NCBI GenBank assembly: GCA_902767775.1
Contig: CACXIP010000010.1
Coordinates: 29,662-93,661, forward strand
Length of the DNA stretch: 64,000 bases
Direction of reading: 5' to 3'
DNA from: an uncultured Prevotellaceae bacterium
GTDB lineage: Bacteria; Bacteroidota; Bacteroidia; Bacteroidales; Bacteroidaceae
Part shown: in pieces, positions 8,702 through 18,219 of the stretch
Position numbering within the stretch: position 1 is the first letter of the stretch
Layout of the letters: each line of letters opens with the position of its first letter
Program-made: the position numbers and the translations under genes
Notes under the pieces: model-generated
Database searches by the model: none
Told to the model about the DNA's origin: nothing
The model's input: the letters and a program-made list of their open reading frames with translations, nothing else

Positions 8702-9346
8702 ATGATTGACTACAACCGCAAAGAGGAGAGCATCAACACCTGGTCGCATGCCGCCGGTATCGTTATCGGCGGCATCGTGGGTGTCATCTTTCTCGTCATC
8801 TGTGCCGGAAAGGGCTATGGATGGGCACGCGCCGGTGTCATCCTCTACCTTTTCGGTATGATGGGTTCATACATCACCTCCACCGTCTACCATGCCCTGC
8901 CGAGCAGCAGCAAGTGGAAGGAGCGCATGAGACGGTGGGACCATGCCGCCATCTACTGGCACATCGCAGGGTCGTACTCACCCATCACACTCGTTGCCTT
9001 GCGCGGCGACGGGTTCTGGGGATGGGGACTTTTCATCTTCGTCTGGACATGCGCCGTCGCCGGTACCATTACCAGTTTGATTCACCTCAAGGAGCACAGC
9101 AACCTTGAGACTGCTTGTTTTGTCGCCATGGGCCTGAGCGTGCTCGTGGCGTTCAAGCCACTCATCGACAACGTGAGCATGCTGGCCATCAGTTGGATTA
9201 TCGCCGAAGGGGTGTGCTACATCACAGGAGCCGTATTCTACAGTCTCAACAAACGGAGATACATGCACAGCGTATTCCATTTCTTTGTCCTTGCAGGTTC
9301 CATCTGCCACATCGTCGCAGTGTGGGATATGCTGTTGGAGATTTGA
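8702..9346 (+). CDS. Hemolysin III / PAQR-family membrane protein
   Basis: 214 aa with about 7 hydrophobic helices. Conserved His-containing motifs are present: NTWSHAAG, YHALP, WDHAAIYWHIAGSYSP and HSVFHFFVLAGS. The stop codon lies inside the downstream heptamer array. Confidence 0.85.
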   Translation: MIDYNRKEESINTWSHAAGIVIGGIVGVIFLVICAGKGYGWARAGVILYLFGMMGSYITSTVYHALPSSSKWKERMRRWDHAAIYWHIAGSYSPITLVALRGDGFWGWGLFIFVWTCAVAGTITSLIHLKEHSNLETACFVAMGLSVLVAFKPLIDNVSMLAISWIIAEGVCYITGAVFYSLNKRRYMHSVFHFFVLAGSICHIVAVWDMLLEI

Positions 9347-9410
9347 GATTTGAGATTTGAGGTTTGAGGTTTGAGGTTGGAGATTGGAGGTTTGAGATTG
9401 GAGATTTGAG
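9337..9410. repeat. Heptamer tandem array (GAGATTT/GAGGTTT/GAGATTG)n
   Basis: ggagatttgagatttgagatttgaggtttgaggtttgaggttggagattggaggtttgagattggagatttgag. It begins in the last codons of the hlyIII-like gene and contains its TGA stop. The same family occurs at 62007-62052. Confidence 0.9.
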
Positions 9411-9478
9411 GCTATTAAAAAATTGTCTGAAAGTGCCTCATAAGTGTAAAAAACACACTATAAAAACGCTGTTTTTGC

Positions 9479-9598
9479 TCCACTTTTCCACTTTAAAAAA
9501 TCTATATTAAATCCACTTTTTATTATTTGAAAAATACATTTAACTATTTGGTTATAATGTATTTATCAATTTTTGACTCTTTTTAAAAATCCACTTTT
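9479..9598 (+). promoter_or_regulatory. Four copies of TCCACTTT upstream of the SusC-like gene (candidate regulator binding sites)
   Basis: TCCACTTT(T) occurs at 9479, 9487, 9512 and 9590, in AT-rich DNA just upstream of the candidate -7 box at 9635. Confidence 0.3.
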
Positions 9599-9634
9599 TT
9601 GTTTGATTCTATTGATTGGTATTCTTATATTGTC

Positions 9635-9642
9635 TACCTTTG
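9635..9642 (+). promoter_or_regulatory. Candidate -7 box (TACCTTTG) of the PUL operon
   Basis: It matches TAnnTTTG about 100 nt upstream of the ATG at 9745. The -33 element is unclear. Confidence 0.35.
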
Positions 9643-9744
9643 CCACAGAAACCGACAAAAGCCGCCATTTTTGGCGTTTTGTTCAACAATCTACCTACTC
9701 CAAGAAAACAAAATAACCTATACAATTATCTTAAAATCACTGTA

Positions 9745-12700
9745 ATGAAAAAAGCTAGATTTCTACTCACGTTGCTGGCATCCATTGTGGTGTCACTGAC
9801 GGCATTTGCCCAGAAACAGCATTTCTCGGGCACTGTTTATGACGAGGAGGGACTGCCGGTTATCGGTGCCTCCGTCGTAGAGAAAGGCACCTCCAACGGT
9901 GCCGTCACCGACTTCGACGGCAACTTCACCGTGGAGGTGGCACCCGGCACCACACTTGTGGTATCCTATGTGGGATATAGTAATGTGGAGATATCCGCCG
10001 CCCCCTCGATGCGCATCACCCTGAAAGAGGACTCACAGTTGCTTGACAACGTGGTGGTCATCGGTTATGGTGTACAGAAGAAGAGTGTTGTGACCGCCGC
10101 CATCGCCAAGGTAAGCGCCGAAGACCTCGACGGCAAAACCCGCCTTCGTGCTGAGGACGCCCTCAAAGGTTTGGCAGCCGGTATCAACGTCACCTCCTCC
10201 TCCGGTCAGCCAGGTTCGATGTCAATGATTCGCATCCGCGGTATCGGCACCATCAACGACTCCAATCCTCTCTACATCATCGACGGCATGCCCACCGACC
10301 AGTATGGTATGGAGTGTGTGAACCCCGAAGACATTGAGAGTATCGAGGTGCTGAAAGACGCCGCCTCGGGCGCCATCTACGGAGCACGAGCCGCCAACGG
10401 TGTCATCCTCGTCACCACAAAGAAAGGAAAGATGGGCAGGGCCAGCATCAACTACAACTTCTCCTACGGCTGGCAGAGCAAGTGGAAGAAGCGCGATGTG
10501 ACTGGAGCCGCCGACTACGCCATCCTGCAGAACGAGCGCCGTCTGCAGAACGGACTCGCTCCCCTCTACAACGACCCCTTCAACCTGGAAGATGCCAACG
10601 GAGTGAAGATTCAAGGCTTCGGCACCGACTGGCAGGACTTGATTTTCAACGACAACGCCCCCATCGTGCAGCACGACGTGAGCATCAGCGGCGCCTCAGA
10701 GAAGATGAACTACTACCTCTCCTTGGGATACTTTACCCAGGACGGTATCGTGGGCGGCAACTACGGACAGTCGAACTATGACCGTCTGACCATCCGCTCC
10801 AACAACCAGTACACCCTCATCGACGCCACCAAAGAGCGCAACTTCCTCAACAAGCTCGAACTTGGTGCCAACGTATCATATATGAAAGTACACAACACGG
10901 GCATCGACCCCAACAGCACATGGGGCGCACCACTCGGTTCGGCACTCTACCTCGCCCCCACCCTGCCCGTCACGCTCAGAAGCGGCTACGAACTGGGGGA
11001 CGACGGACAGCCCGACTACAACCGTCCCCATATCGGCCAGCAGCAGATTGACCGCTACTATGCCTATGACCTCTATAAAGACGAGAACGGCAACCCCTAT
11101 ACCATCCCCAACTTCATCGGCAGCTATCAGGAGCAGAACAACCCCGTCGCCATGATGAAGGGCAACCCCACCAGAAACTGGAGTCAGAAAATCATGCCTA
11201 AACTGTCGATTGACCTGCAGCTGTGGGATGAGCTGAAATATCACTTCACCTTCAGCGCCGAACAGTCGTTCTGGGGCTACGACGCAGCTGTGAAGCAGAA
11301 ATACTATCTCTCAGGCAACAACAACACCGACCATACCTCTGCCACCTCCAACAAGTGCAACAGCACCACTTGGCAGATTGAGAACACGCTGACCTACGAC
11401 AAAATCTTTGGCAAGCACACCATCGGCGTGGTGCTCGGACAGAGTGCCCTGAAGAGCAAGGGTGACGAACTGGGCGGTTCACACTGGAACCTGGTGAACG
11501 TCAACAAGCCCAGCATCAACTACACCACCGGCGGCGACATCGAACTGTCGACCGACGCCGACGGCAAGATAACCGGTGCCAAGAGCCTGGTGGGTGCATG
11601 GGGACAGCCCTATACCGAGCATCGCCTGACATCGCTCTTCGCCCGTATCAGCTACAACTACGACGAGCGCTATATGTTCCAAGGCACCATCCGTCGCGAC
11701 GGCAGCAGCCGCTTCGGTGCCAACAACAAATACGGTACGTTCCCCTCCTTCTCCGTGGGATGGAACATCATGAACGAGAGTTTCATGGAGAGCAACCGCC
11801 ACTGGCTCAACAACCTCAAACTTCGTGCCAGCTGGGGAAAGAACGGTAACGACAACATCGGCGACTTCAACTACACCACACTGACATCGCTCGGTGCCAG
11901 CAGCAACTACTACTTCGGCCAGACCGGAGCCATGATATATGGCTCGAAGGCCAACCGCCTCGCCAATGAGGACCTGAAATGGGAGGAGAGCGAGCAGACC
12001 GATATCGGCCTCGACCTCGGACTGTGGAGCAACAAACTCACCTTCAGCGTTGACTACTATATCAAGAAGACCAACGGCATGATTATTGAGATGCCCATCC
12101 CGAGCTATGTCGGTGAGGCCCGTCCCTATGGCAACGTAGGCGATATGAAGAACAGCGGTCTGGAGTTTGAGCTGGGTTACAAGTGGAACATCGCCGATGC
12201 CCACTTCTCCATCAAGGGCAACGCCTCCTACCTCAAGAACGAGTTGAAGAACCTCGGCAACGAGACCGGTTTCCTCAACTTCGGCATCAGTCAGTTCGCC
12301 GACGGCGGCACACGCGCCGAGAACGGCCAGCCCTTCCCCTTCTTCTATGGCTACAAGACCAACGGCATCTTCCAGAACACCGCAGAGGTCAATGCCTACA
12401 CCAATGCACAGGGCGGACTCATCATGCCCGATGCCAAACCCGGTGACTTCCGCTTCGTAGACACCAACGGCGACGGCAAGATTACCTCCGACGACCGCAC
12501 CAACATCGGCAACGGCGTGCCCGACTGGACCTTCGGTCTCAACTTCGAGGCAGAGTGGAAAGGTTTTGACTTCACCCTCTTCTTCCAAGGCGTGAAAGGT
12601 GCCGACGTGTTCGACGCCACCTTCCGTCAGGACATCGCCTCCGCCAACTATCCCACCTGGGTGCTCCAGCGCTGGACTGGCGATGGCACCAGCAACACCG

Positions 12701-12993
12701 TGCCTACCCTCGGCGACTCCAAGAACTGGGTGTGCAGCGACATGTATATCCAGGACGGCAGTTACCTCCGCCTGAAGAACATCACCCTGGGCTACACCCT
12801 TCCCCGCAGGCTGACCAACAAGGTGCGCATCAGCCGCCTGCGCTTCTACGCACGTGCCGAGAACCTCATCACATGGACCAAGTACTGGGGCTTCGACCCT
12901 GAAATCGGTTCGGGTGCCACCAGCCTCGGCGTGGACTACGGTATCTATCCTCAGGCACGCACCTACACCGTCGGATTCAACATCTCCCTTTAA
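9745..12993 (+). CDS. SusC/RagA-family TonB-linked outer-membrane transporter
   Basis: The start is at MKKARFLLTLLASIVVSLTAFAQ; the track extension to 9616 lacks a signal peptide. A CarboxypepD_reg-like N-terminus (FSGTVYDEEGLPVIGASVVEKGTSNGAVTDFDGNF) is followed by a plug/TonB-box region (NVVVIGYGVQKKSVVTAAIAKV). The C-terminal barrel ends in YTVGFNISL. A SusD-like gene follows. Confidence 0.95.
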   Translation: MKKARFLLTLLASIVVSLTAFAQKQHFSGTVYDEEGLPVIGASVVEKGTSNGAVTDFDGNFTVEVAPGTTLVVSYVGYSNVEISAAPSMRITLKEDSQLLDNVVVIGYGVQKKSVVTAAIAKVSAEDLDGKTRLRAEDALKGLAAGINVTSSSGQPGSMSMIRIRGIGTINDSNPLYIIDGMPTDQYGMECVNPEDIESIEVLKDAASGAIYGARAANGVILVTTKKGKMGRASINYNFSYGWQSKWKKRDVTGAADYAILQNERRLQNGLAPLYNDPFNLEDANGVKIQGFGTDWQDLIFNDNAPIVQHDVSISGASEKMNYYLSLGYFTQDGIVGGNYGQSNYDRLTIRSNNQYTLIDATKERNFLNKLELGANVSYMKVHNTGIDPNSTWGAPLGSALYLAPTLPVTLRSGYELGDDGQPDYNRPHIGQQQIDRYYAYDLYKDENGNPYTIPNFIGSYQEQNNPVAMMKGNPTRNWSQKIMPKLSIDLQLWDELKYHFTFSAEQSFWGYDAAVKQKYYLSGNNNTDHTSATSNKCNSTTWQIENTLTYDKIFGKHTIGVVLGQSALKSKGDELGGSHWNLVNVNKPSINYTTGGDIELSTDADGKITGAKSLVGAWGQPYTEHRLTSLFARISYNYDERYMFQGTIRRDGSSRFGANNKYGTFPSFSVGWNIMNESFMESNRHWLNNLKLRASWGKNGNDNIGDFNYTTLTSLGASSNYYFGQTGAMIYGSKANRLANEDLKWEESEQTDIGLDLGLWSNKLTFSVDYYIKKTNGMIIEMPIPSYVGEARPYGNVGDMKNSGLEFELGYKWNIADAHFSIKGNASYLKNELKNLGNETGFLNFGISQFADGGTRAENGQPFPFFYGYKTNGIFQNTAEVNAYTNAQGGLIMPDAKPGDFRFVDTNGDGKITSDDRTNIGNGVPDWTFGLNFEAEWKGFDFTLFFQGVKGADVFDATFRQDIASANYPTWVLQRWTGDGTSNTVPTLGDSKNWVCSDMYIQDGSYLRLKNITLGYTLPRRLTNKVRISRLRFYARAENLITWTKYWGFDPEIGSGATSLGVDYGIYPQARTYTVGFNISL

Positions 12994-13097
12994 TGGATGA
13001 AGGATGAAAGATGAAAGATGAAAGATTGATACTAAAGATTTTTCAAGCATTATGATGAAAGATGAAAGATTGATACTAAAGATTTTTCAAGCATTAT
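12994..13097. repeat. (GATGAAR)n array plus a perfect 44-bp tandem duplication in the susC-susD spacer
   Basis: ggatgaaggatgaaa is followed by two identical 44-mers gatgaaagatgaaagattgatactaaagatttttcaagcattat, at 13010-13053 and 13054-13097. Confidence 0.95.
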
Positions 13098-13106
13098 CGA
13101 GATAAA

Positions 13107-14654
13107 ATGAAAACCATTATGAAAAGACATATCAACATCATAGCCAGTTTCATTGCAGCTGCTTTTGTTCTGGCATCTTGCAGTGATGACTTCCTGGAGG
13201 TGAAGAATCCGACAGGTGAGCCTCTCGAGGAATACTACACCAACGAGGAGACACTCAACGAGGCCCTCACCTCAGCATACGCTCCCCTGCACTGGCCCGA
13301 CTGGGACAACACAGCCTACAACGACCTCACCGTCGACGCCGAGATTATGGGCGACGACTTCTGGGTGGGCGGTTCAGACAACACCGACAACCAGCACTGG
13401 CACCGCCTGTTCAACTTCGCAGCTGACGGCAACAATACCCTTGCCACCCTCTGGGGCGACTTCTACAGCGGCATCAAGCGCTGCAACGACGCCATCAAGT
13501 ATGCCGGTTGGAACAAAGGCAACATCAGCGAAGACTTCATCAACAAGATGGAGATGCAGGCACGTCTGCTCCGCGTCTACTACTACAACATCCTGTGGCA
13601 TTATTATGGCAACGTGCCCTTCTACCTGGAAAACCTCTCGCTGCCCTACACCGCGCCGCAGCTGAAAGCCGATGAAATCTACGCCCAGTTGCTGCCCGAG
13701 CTCGAGGCCATCATCGCCTCCAAGGTGCTCCCGATGCGCTGGCCCGCCGCTGAGTCAGGACGCGTCAGCCAGGCCTTCGCCTACATGCTCTATGCCGAAA
13801 TGGTGATGTACCAGAACGACACCGCACGCTTCCCGCAGGCTTTAGGCTACATGAAGGAAATCATTGCCAACAGCGAGTATGCCCTCAACCCCAGTTATGC
13901 CAATATCTGGGAAGAGAGCGGAGAGTGGAGCAAAGAAAGCATCTTTGAGATCAACTACAACGACGACCAGGCACAGCGCGACTGGGGTGTCGCAGCCCTG
14001 AACGCAGGCGGCAGCGTCCTCCCCACGCTTATCTCACCCAACGGCTTCTCCGATGACGAGTGGAGCGGTATGGACGGATGGGGATTCCTGCCCATGCGAC
14101 TTGAGACCTACGAGATGTTTGCCGAGGGTGACCTCCGTCGCGACGCCACCTGCTGGGATGTGCGCGGCACCACCTATACCGAGCGCTACCAGGACACCCA
14201 TATGTGGCTGAAGAAGTACCGTCCCAAACTCGCCAACTGCAACGATGCCGGACCGTCGCACAACCTCAACTACAACAACAACAAGCGCGTCTACCGCTAT
14301 GCCGAGACCCTGCTCAACGCAGCCGAACTGCTGCTGCAGACCGGTGGCAGTGCCTCTGAGGCAGCAGGCTATGTCAACCAGGTGCGCCAACGCGCTGGTC
14401 TGCAAGACCTTGCAAGCGTCTCTATCGACGACATCCTGACCGAGCGCCACATGGAGTTCTGCGGCGAGGGCAAGCGCTACTTCGACCTCGTCCGTGCCGA
14501 GGGCATCCCCGGAGCCACACAGAAGGCCACCACCATGCTCGTGCCCGACAAGTACGGCTACCGCACCAACACCTGGTCGCCCAGCAAGAAGCACATCCCG
14601 CTGGCCCAGTCAGAGCTTGATGCCGACCCCACTCTGGTACAAAATGCTTATTAA
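13107..14654 (+). CDS. SusD/RagB-family nutrient-binding outer-membrane lipoprotein
   Basis: It has a lipoprotein signal (AAAFVLASCSDDF) and lies directly after the SusC-like gene. TPR-like SusD blocks are present: FLRVYYYNILWHYYGNVP, RYAETLLNAAE and GEGKRYFDLVR. Confidence 0.9.
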   Translation: MKTIMKRHINIIASFIAAAFVLASCSDDFLEVKNPTGEPLEEYYTNEETLNEALTSAYAPLHWPDWDNTAYNDLTVDAEIMGDDFWVGGSDNTDNQHWHRLFNFAADGNNTLATLWGDFYSGIKRCNDAIKYAGWNKGNISEDFINKMEMQARLLRVYYYNILWHYYGNVPFYLENLSLPYTAPQLKADEIYAQLLPELEAIIASKVLPMRWPAAESGRVSQAFAYMLYAEMVMYQNDTARFPQALGYMKEIIANSEYALNPSYANIWEESGEWSKESIFEINYNDDQAQRDWGVAALNAGGSVLPTLISPNGFSDDEWSGMDGWGFLPMRLETYEMFAEGDLRRDATCWDVRGTTYTERYQDTHMWLKKYRPKLANCNDAGPSHNLNYNNNKRVYRYAETLLNAAELLLQTGGSASEAAGYVNQVRQRAGLQDLASVSIDDILTERHMEFCGEGKRYFDLVRAEGIPGATQKATTMLVPDKYGYRTNTWSPSKKHIPLAQSELDADPTLVQNAY

Positions 14655-14681
14655 TCCACACACCATATACAGAAATTCATT

Positions 14682-17096
14682 ATGAACAAGATATATCATT
14701 TTATCGCAGGAGTGGTGATGGCAGGACTGACTCTCACCGCCTGCTCGCCCGATGAGTTTGAGGGAGCCGACCCCAATGGCATCCCCACGATGGACGGCAT
14801 CGACTTCACCATGAATGTTGACCAGGAAGTCAACCAAGTGACCTTCCAGTTCCCTGAGACCAAGGGCGTCTATCCCATCTGGATTATCAACGGAGCCACC
14901 TACTCCACCCTCAGCAATGTGGGATGGTCGAACACCGAGGCAGGCACCTACCCCGTAGAACTGAAGCTCGGCAACCGCAACGGCATCAGCCAGGGCAGCA
15001 TCACCAAGCATTTCACCTTCAATGAGACGAAGGTGAACTACACCAACCTCTTCAACCGCATCAAGGGCAAGGAGTGGCGCATCGACAACAAGGAGGTGGC
15101 CCACCTGGCATGCGGTCCGCTCGGCGGTGACGGTACCGGCTGGTGGTCGGCTGGTCCCGATGAGAAGAAAGCATTCGGTGTCTACGACGACCGCATCACC
15201 TTCACCCCTGAGACCAACAAGGGCGGCACCTTCACCTACAGTCCTGGTGCCGACGGCATGACCTACGTCAACAAGGGCACCACCCACTGGGGTTCAGGTG
15301 CTGAGGACTTCGACGCCCCGACAAAGGAGCAGACCTCGGGCTGGCATTTCGAGCGCGGCAAGTGGACCGACGCAGAGGGCAAACTCATCGACGTGGACTA
15401 CCTCGTCCTCGACGCCAACACGCTGTTCCCCTACATCAGTGCCGACCGTCAGTATGAAGAGCCACGCTTCCGCATAGAGACCCTCACTGCCTCGCAGATG
15501 GTGCTCATCTATGAGAACACAGCCGACAACATCTCCTGGCGTTACATCTTCACCAGCAAGGCAGAGGAGAAGGGATTTGAGGGCTTCGACCCCAACAGTG
15601 ACTTCAACATGTGGAAGACCGCCGAGTACAGCATGTTCTTCTGGTATGCACCCGGATGGGCACAGATAGCCGACCCCGACTTCCAGGCCAGCGGCAATGA
15701 CTACACCGTGACACTGCCCGAGGCCACCACAGACCAGTGGCAGGCACAGATGGCATTCAAGACCACCAACATCTCCACCTCGGCAGCCCACAACTACGAC
15801 TTCTCGTGCATCCTCAACTCCAACAAGGACCTCAACGGCGTCACCGTGAAGCTCGTGATGGACGGCGATGACAACGTATTCTACTTCACCGACCGCATCG
15901 ACCTCAAGGCAGGCGAGGACTATATCTTCTGGAAGAGCGACATGCCCGGCATCGACATGGACCGCGTCAATCTCTTCTTCGACTTCGGCGGCTGCCAGAC
16001 AGGAACTATCGTCAACATCCGCAACATCGTGCTCAAGGACCATGCCAACGACGACGGCACCATCCTGCCCAATGAGGAGCAAGGCTCGTCCGTCAGCTGG
16101 GTGGCCGTCGACTCCCCCGACAACCTCGGAGCAGGCTTCAACAAGGTGGGCGAGATGCAGTTCTGGTGGGCTGACGCTGGTTGGAGCCAGATTGGCAACC
16201 CGCAGTTCTCGTTCTCCAACGGTGTCTACACCATCATCTCCAACGATGCCACCGCAGCTGAATGGCAGGCACAGAACTCCATCCACAACGTAGCGATGAA
16301 CATCGAGCCCGGACAACTCTATGACATCCGTGCCACCATCACCGCCAGCAGTGACCTCGGCCGTTACACCTTCAAGATCTGCGACGAGAACGATGACGAC
16401 AACACCCTCATCTACAACGGTTCACTCACCCTTGAGGCAGGCGACAACATCGTGGAGTTTGTCGGCGTGAAGTGCACCAAGGGAGGCGCGGACTCAGGCT
16501 TCTCCACCGCCAAGCTCTTCATCGACCTCGGCGGATGCCCCGCAGGATTTGAACTCAACCTGAGCAACATCATCGTGCAGAAGCACAACGAGAATGGTGG
16601 CGGCGGTGGCGGTCTCGACTGGGACTGGAAAGCCGACAACAACCTATGGAAAGCTGTCTATGACAGCAAACTCGCTCCTGTCTTCTGGTATGCCCCAGGA
16701 TGGGCACAGACAGCCGACCCCGACTTCTCACAGGATGGTGATGTATACACCGTCACACTGCCACAGGCTACTACCGACCAGTGGATGGCACAGATGCACT
16801 TCGACACCAACATCTCCGCCAAGCAAGGCGACAAATACAATTTCTACTGTGTGCTCGAGAGCGACAACGACCATCCCGGAGTGACCGTGAAACTGACTCA
16901 GAACGGCGATGACAACAACTTCTTCTTCGCACCTCGCGTAGCCTTGACAGCCAACGAGCCATATATCTTCAAGCAGGAGGGAGTGTCGCTGCCCAATGCC
17001 GACGCACCACAACTCAACCTCTTCTTCGACTTTGGTGGCAATGCAGCAGGCAACACCATCAGCATCAGCAAGATTTATCTGGTAAAAGCAGAGTAA
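14682..17096 (+). CDS. Surface lipoprotein, probable glycan-binding protein (SGBP-like) with three ~175-aa CBM-like modules
   Basis: It has a lipobox (GLTLTACSPDEF) and occupies the third position in the PUL. Three modules recur with a period of about 523 nt, each containing W(Y/W)A(P/D)(G/A)GW(A/S)Q...DP(D/Q)F...YT(V/I)...(D/E)(Q/W)W(Q/M)AQ. The anchor positions are about 15638, 16162 and 16684. Confidence 0.6.
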   Translation: MNKIYHFIAGVVMAGLTLTACSPDEFEGADPNGIPTMDGIDFTMNVDQEVNQVTFQFPETKGVYPIWIINGATYSTLSNVGWSNTEAGTYPVELKLGNRNGISQGSITKHFTFNETKVNYTNLFNRIKGKEWRIDNKEVAHLACGPLGGDGTGWWSAGPDEKKAFGVYDDRITFTPETNKGGTFTYSPGADGMTYVNKGTTHWGSGAEDFDAPTKEQTSGWHFERGKWTDAEGKLIDVDYLVLDANTLFPYISADRQYEEPRFRIETLTASQMVLIYENTADNISWRYIFTSKAEEKGFEGFDPNSDFNMWKTAEYSMFFWYAPGWAQIADPDFQASGNDYTVTLPEATTDQWQAQMAFKTTNISTSAAHNYDFSCILNSNKDLNGVTVKLVMDGDDNVFYFTDRIDLKAGEDYIFWKSDMPGIDMDRVNLFFDFGGCQTGTIVNIRNIVLKDHANDDGTILPNEEQGSSVSWVAVDSPDNLGAGFNKVGEMQFWWADAGWSQIGNPQFSFSNGVYTIISNDATAAEWQAQNSIHNVAMNIEPGQLYDIRATITASSDLGRYTFKICDENDDDNTLIYNGSLTLEAGDNIVEFVGVKCTKGGADSGFSTAKLFIDLGGCPAGFELNLSNIIVQKHNENGGGGGGLDWDWKADNNLWKAVYDSKLAPVFWYAPGWAQTADPDFSQDGDVYTVTLPQATTDQWMAQMHFDTNISAKQGDKYNFYCVLESDNDHPGVTVKLTQNGDDNNFFFAPRVALTANEPYIFKQEGVSLPNADAPQLNLFFDFGGNAAGNTISISKIYLVKAE

Positions 17097-17097
17097 A

Positions 17098-18216
17098 ATG
17101 CGAAAATATCTTTTCTTCCTCGCCATGTTAGGAACGGCAGCCTTTGCCAGTTGCGGTGGTGGCGATGACGACAACAGCGCCCCTGCACCGCAGGTGACCA
17201 TCAGTTGCCAGCCCGAGAATCTCTCGGCTGGCGCTGAGGGGGGCATCTTCACCATCAACGTAAGCACCACCGGCAAGGAGTGGAGCGCCTACTCCAACCA
17301 AGACTGGATAGAGGTGTCGAACAAAGGCACCACCGCCGCCAGCGGCACCATCGAGGTGAATGTCAAGAGCAATCCCACCACAGAGCCCCGCACCGGCACC
17401 GTCCAACTGATGTCGGGCACCGCCCGCAAGGAGATTGCCGTGTCACAGGCTGCTGCCAAGGCTGCCTATGATGCCCCCGAAGGCTACTCGCTGGTGTGGC
17501 ACGATGAGTTTGAGAGCGGTACAGAACTCAATGGCAATGACTGGACCCATGAAGTGCAGGGCTCAGGATGGGTAAACAATGAGTTGCAGAACTACGTCAA
17601 CCACAAAACTCCCGGTGGTCAGTATGTCACCGAGGTAAGAAACGGCAATCTCCGCATCACTTGCCTGAAGGAGAACGGAAAAATCTATTCCGGGCGTGTC
17701 TATGCACAGGTCAATAAAGGTTGGCTTTATGGTTATTTCGAGGCCCGCATCAAACTGCCGAGCGGCAAGGGCACATGGCCCGCCTTCTGGATGATGCCTG
17801 TGGGCAACGACTATATCACCAATCCCTGGCCGATGTGCGGCGAGATAGACATCATGGAAGAGGTGGGTGCAGTTCCCAACGAGGTGTCGTCTTCGCTCCA
17901 TACCCAAGACTACAACCACACCAAGCGCACCCAGAAAACCCACGCAATGACCATCGACAAGGCCGAGGGTGAGTTCCACACCTATGCCTTGGAGTGGACT
18001 GCCGATGCCATCACCACCTATGTCGATGGAAAGGTGCAACTTACCGCTACTAAGAAACAAATGGGCAACAGCCACAACCAATGGCCTTTCCACTATGCCT
18101 TCTACCCCATCTTCAACCTCGCATGGGGTGGTTCCTGGGGCGGCATGAACGGTGTTGATGAGGGCGCTCTGCCTGCTGTTATGGAAATTGACTATATACG
18201 CGTATTCCAGAAGTAA
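17098..18216 (+). CDS. GH16 endo-beta-glucanase (laminarinase/lichenase type) with N-terminal BACON-like domain
   Basis: It has a lipobox (AAFASCGGGDD). A BACON-like beta-sandwich (ISCQPENLSAGAEGGIFTINVSTTGKEWSAYSNQDWIEV...) precedes the GH16 catalytic motif GEIDIMEE (ExDxxE) and the WPAFWMMP block. Confidence 0.9.
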   Translation: MRKYLFFLAMLGTAAFASCGGGDDDNSAPAPQVTISCQPENLSAGAEGGIFTINVSTTGKEWSAYSNQDWIEVSNKGTTAASGTIEVNVKSNPTTEPRTGTVQLMSGTARKEIAVSQAAAKAAYDAPEGYSLVWHDEFESGTELNGNDWTHEVQGSGWVNNELQNYVNHKTPGGQYVTEVRNGNLRITCLKENGKIYSGRVYAQVNKGWLYGYFEARIKLPSGKGTWPAFWMMPVGNDYITNPWPMCGEIDIMEEVGAVPNEVSSSLHTQDYNHTKRTQKTHAMTIDKAEGEFHTYALEWTADAITTYVDGKVQLTATKKQMGNSHNQWPFHYAFYPIFNLAWGGSWGGMNGVDEGALPAVMEIDYIRVFQK

Positions 18217-18219
18217 CCC

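Noticed and set aside
9616-9744. N-terminal extensions offered by the ORF track for the SusC-like gene (9616), the TM regulator (5998), polA (59194), the polyprenyl synthase (59103), cysS (31595), kdgK (36029), the CoA-transferase (36117) and the TrmH-like gene (52018).
   Set aside because: Each extension runs into AT-rich promoter-like DNA or an upstream gene. Each lacks the expected N-terminal features, while an internal ATG gives a canonical signal peptide or a conserved family N-terminus.
11479-13050. A 523-aa minus-strand ORF antisense to the SusC-like gene. Similar long antisense ORFs occur at 37748..39388, 52555..54048, 17563..18729, 36126..37250, 15294..16316, 44527..45606 and 48093..49061.
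   Set aside because: All lie wholly within and opposite well-supported genes. They have low-complexity V/G/A/H/D composition and no family motifs. The N-terminus of the 11479 ORF is simply the translated heptamer repeat.
12994-13097. Tandem repeats considered as a possible CRISPR array. The same applies to 9337-9410, 26024-26135 and 62007-62052.
   Set aside because: The units are 7-9 nt (or a single 44-bp duplication) and directly abut one another. There are no ~30-nt unique spacers and no cas genes in the window.
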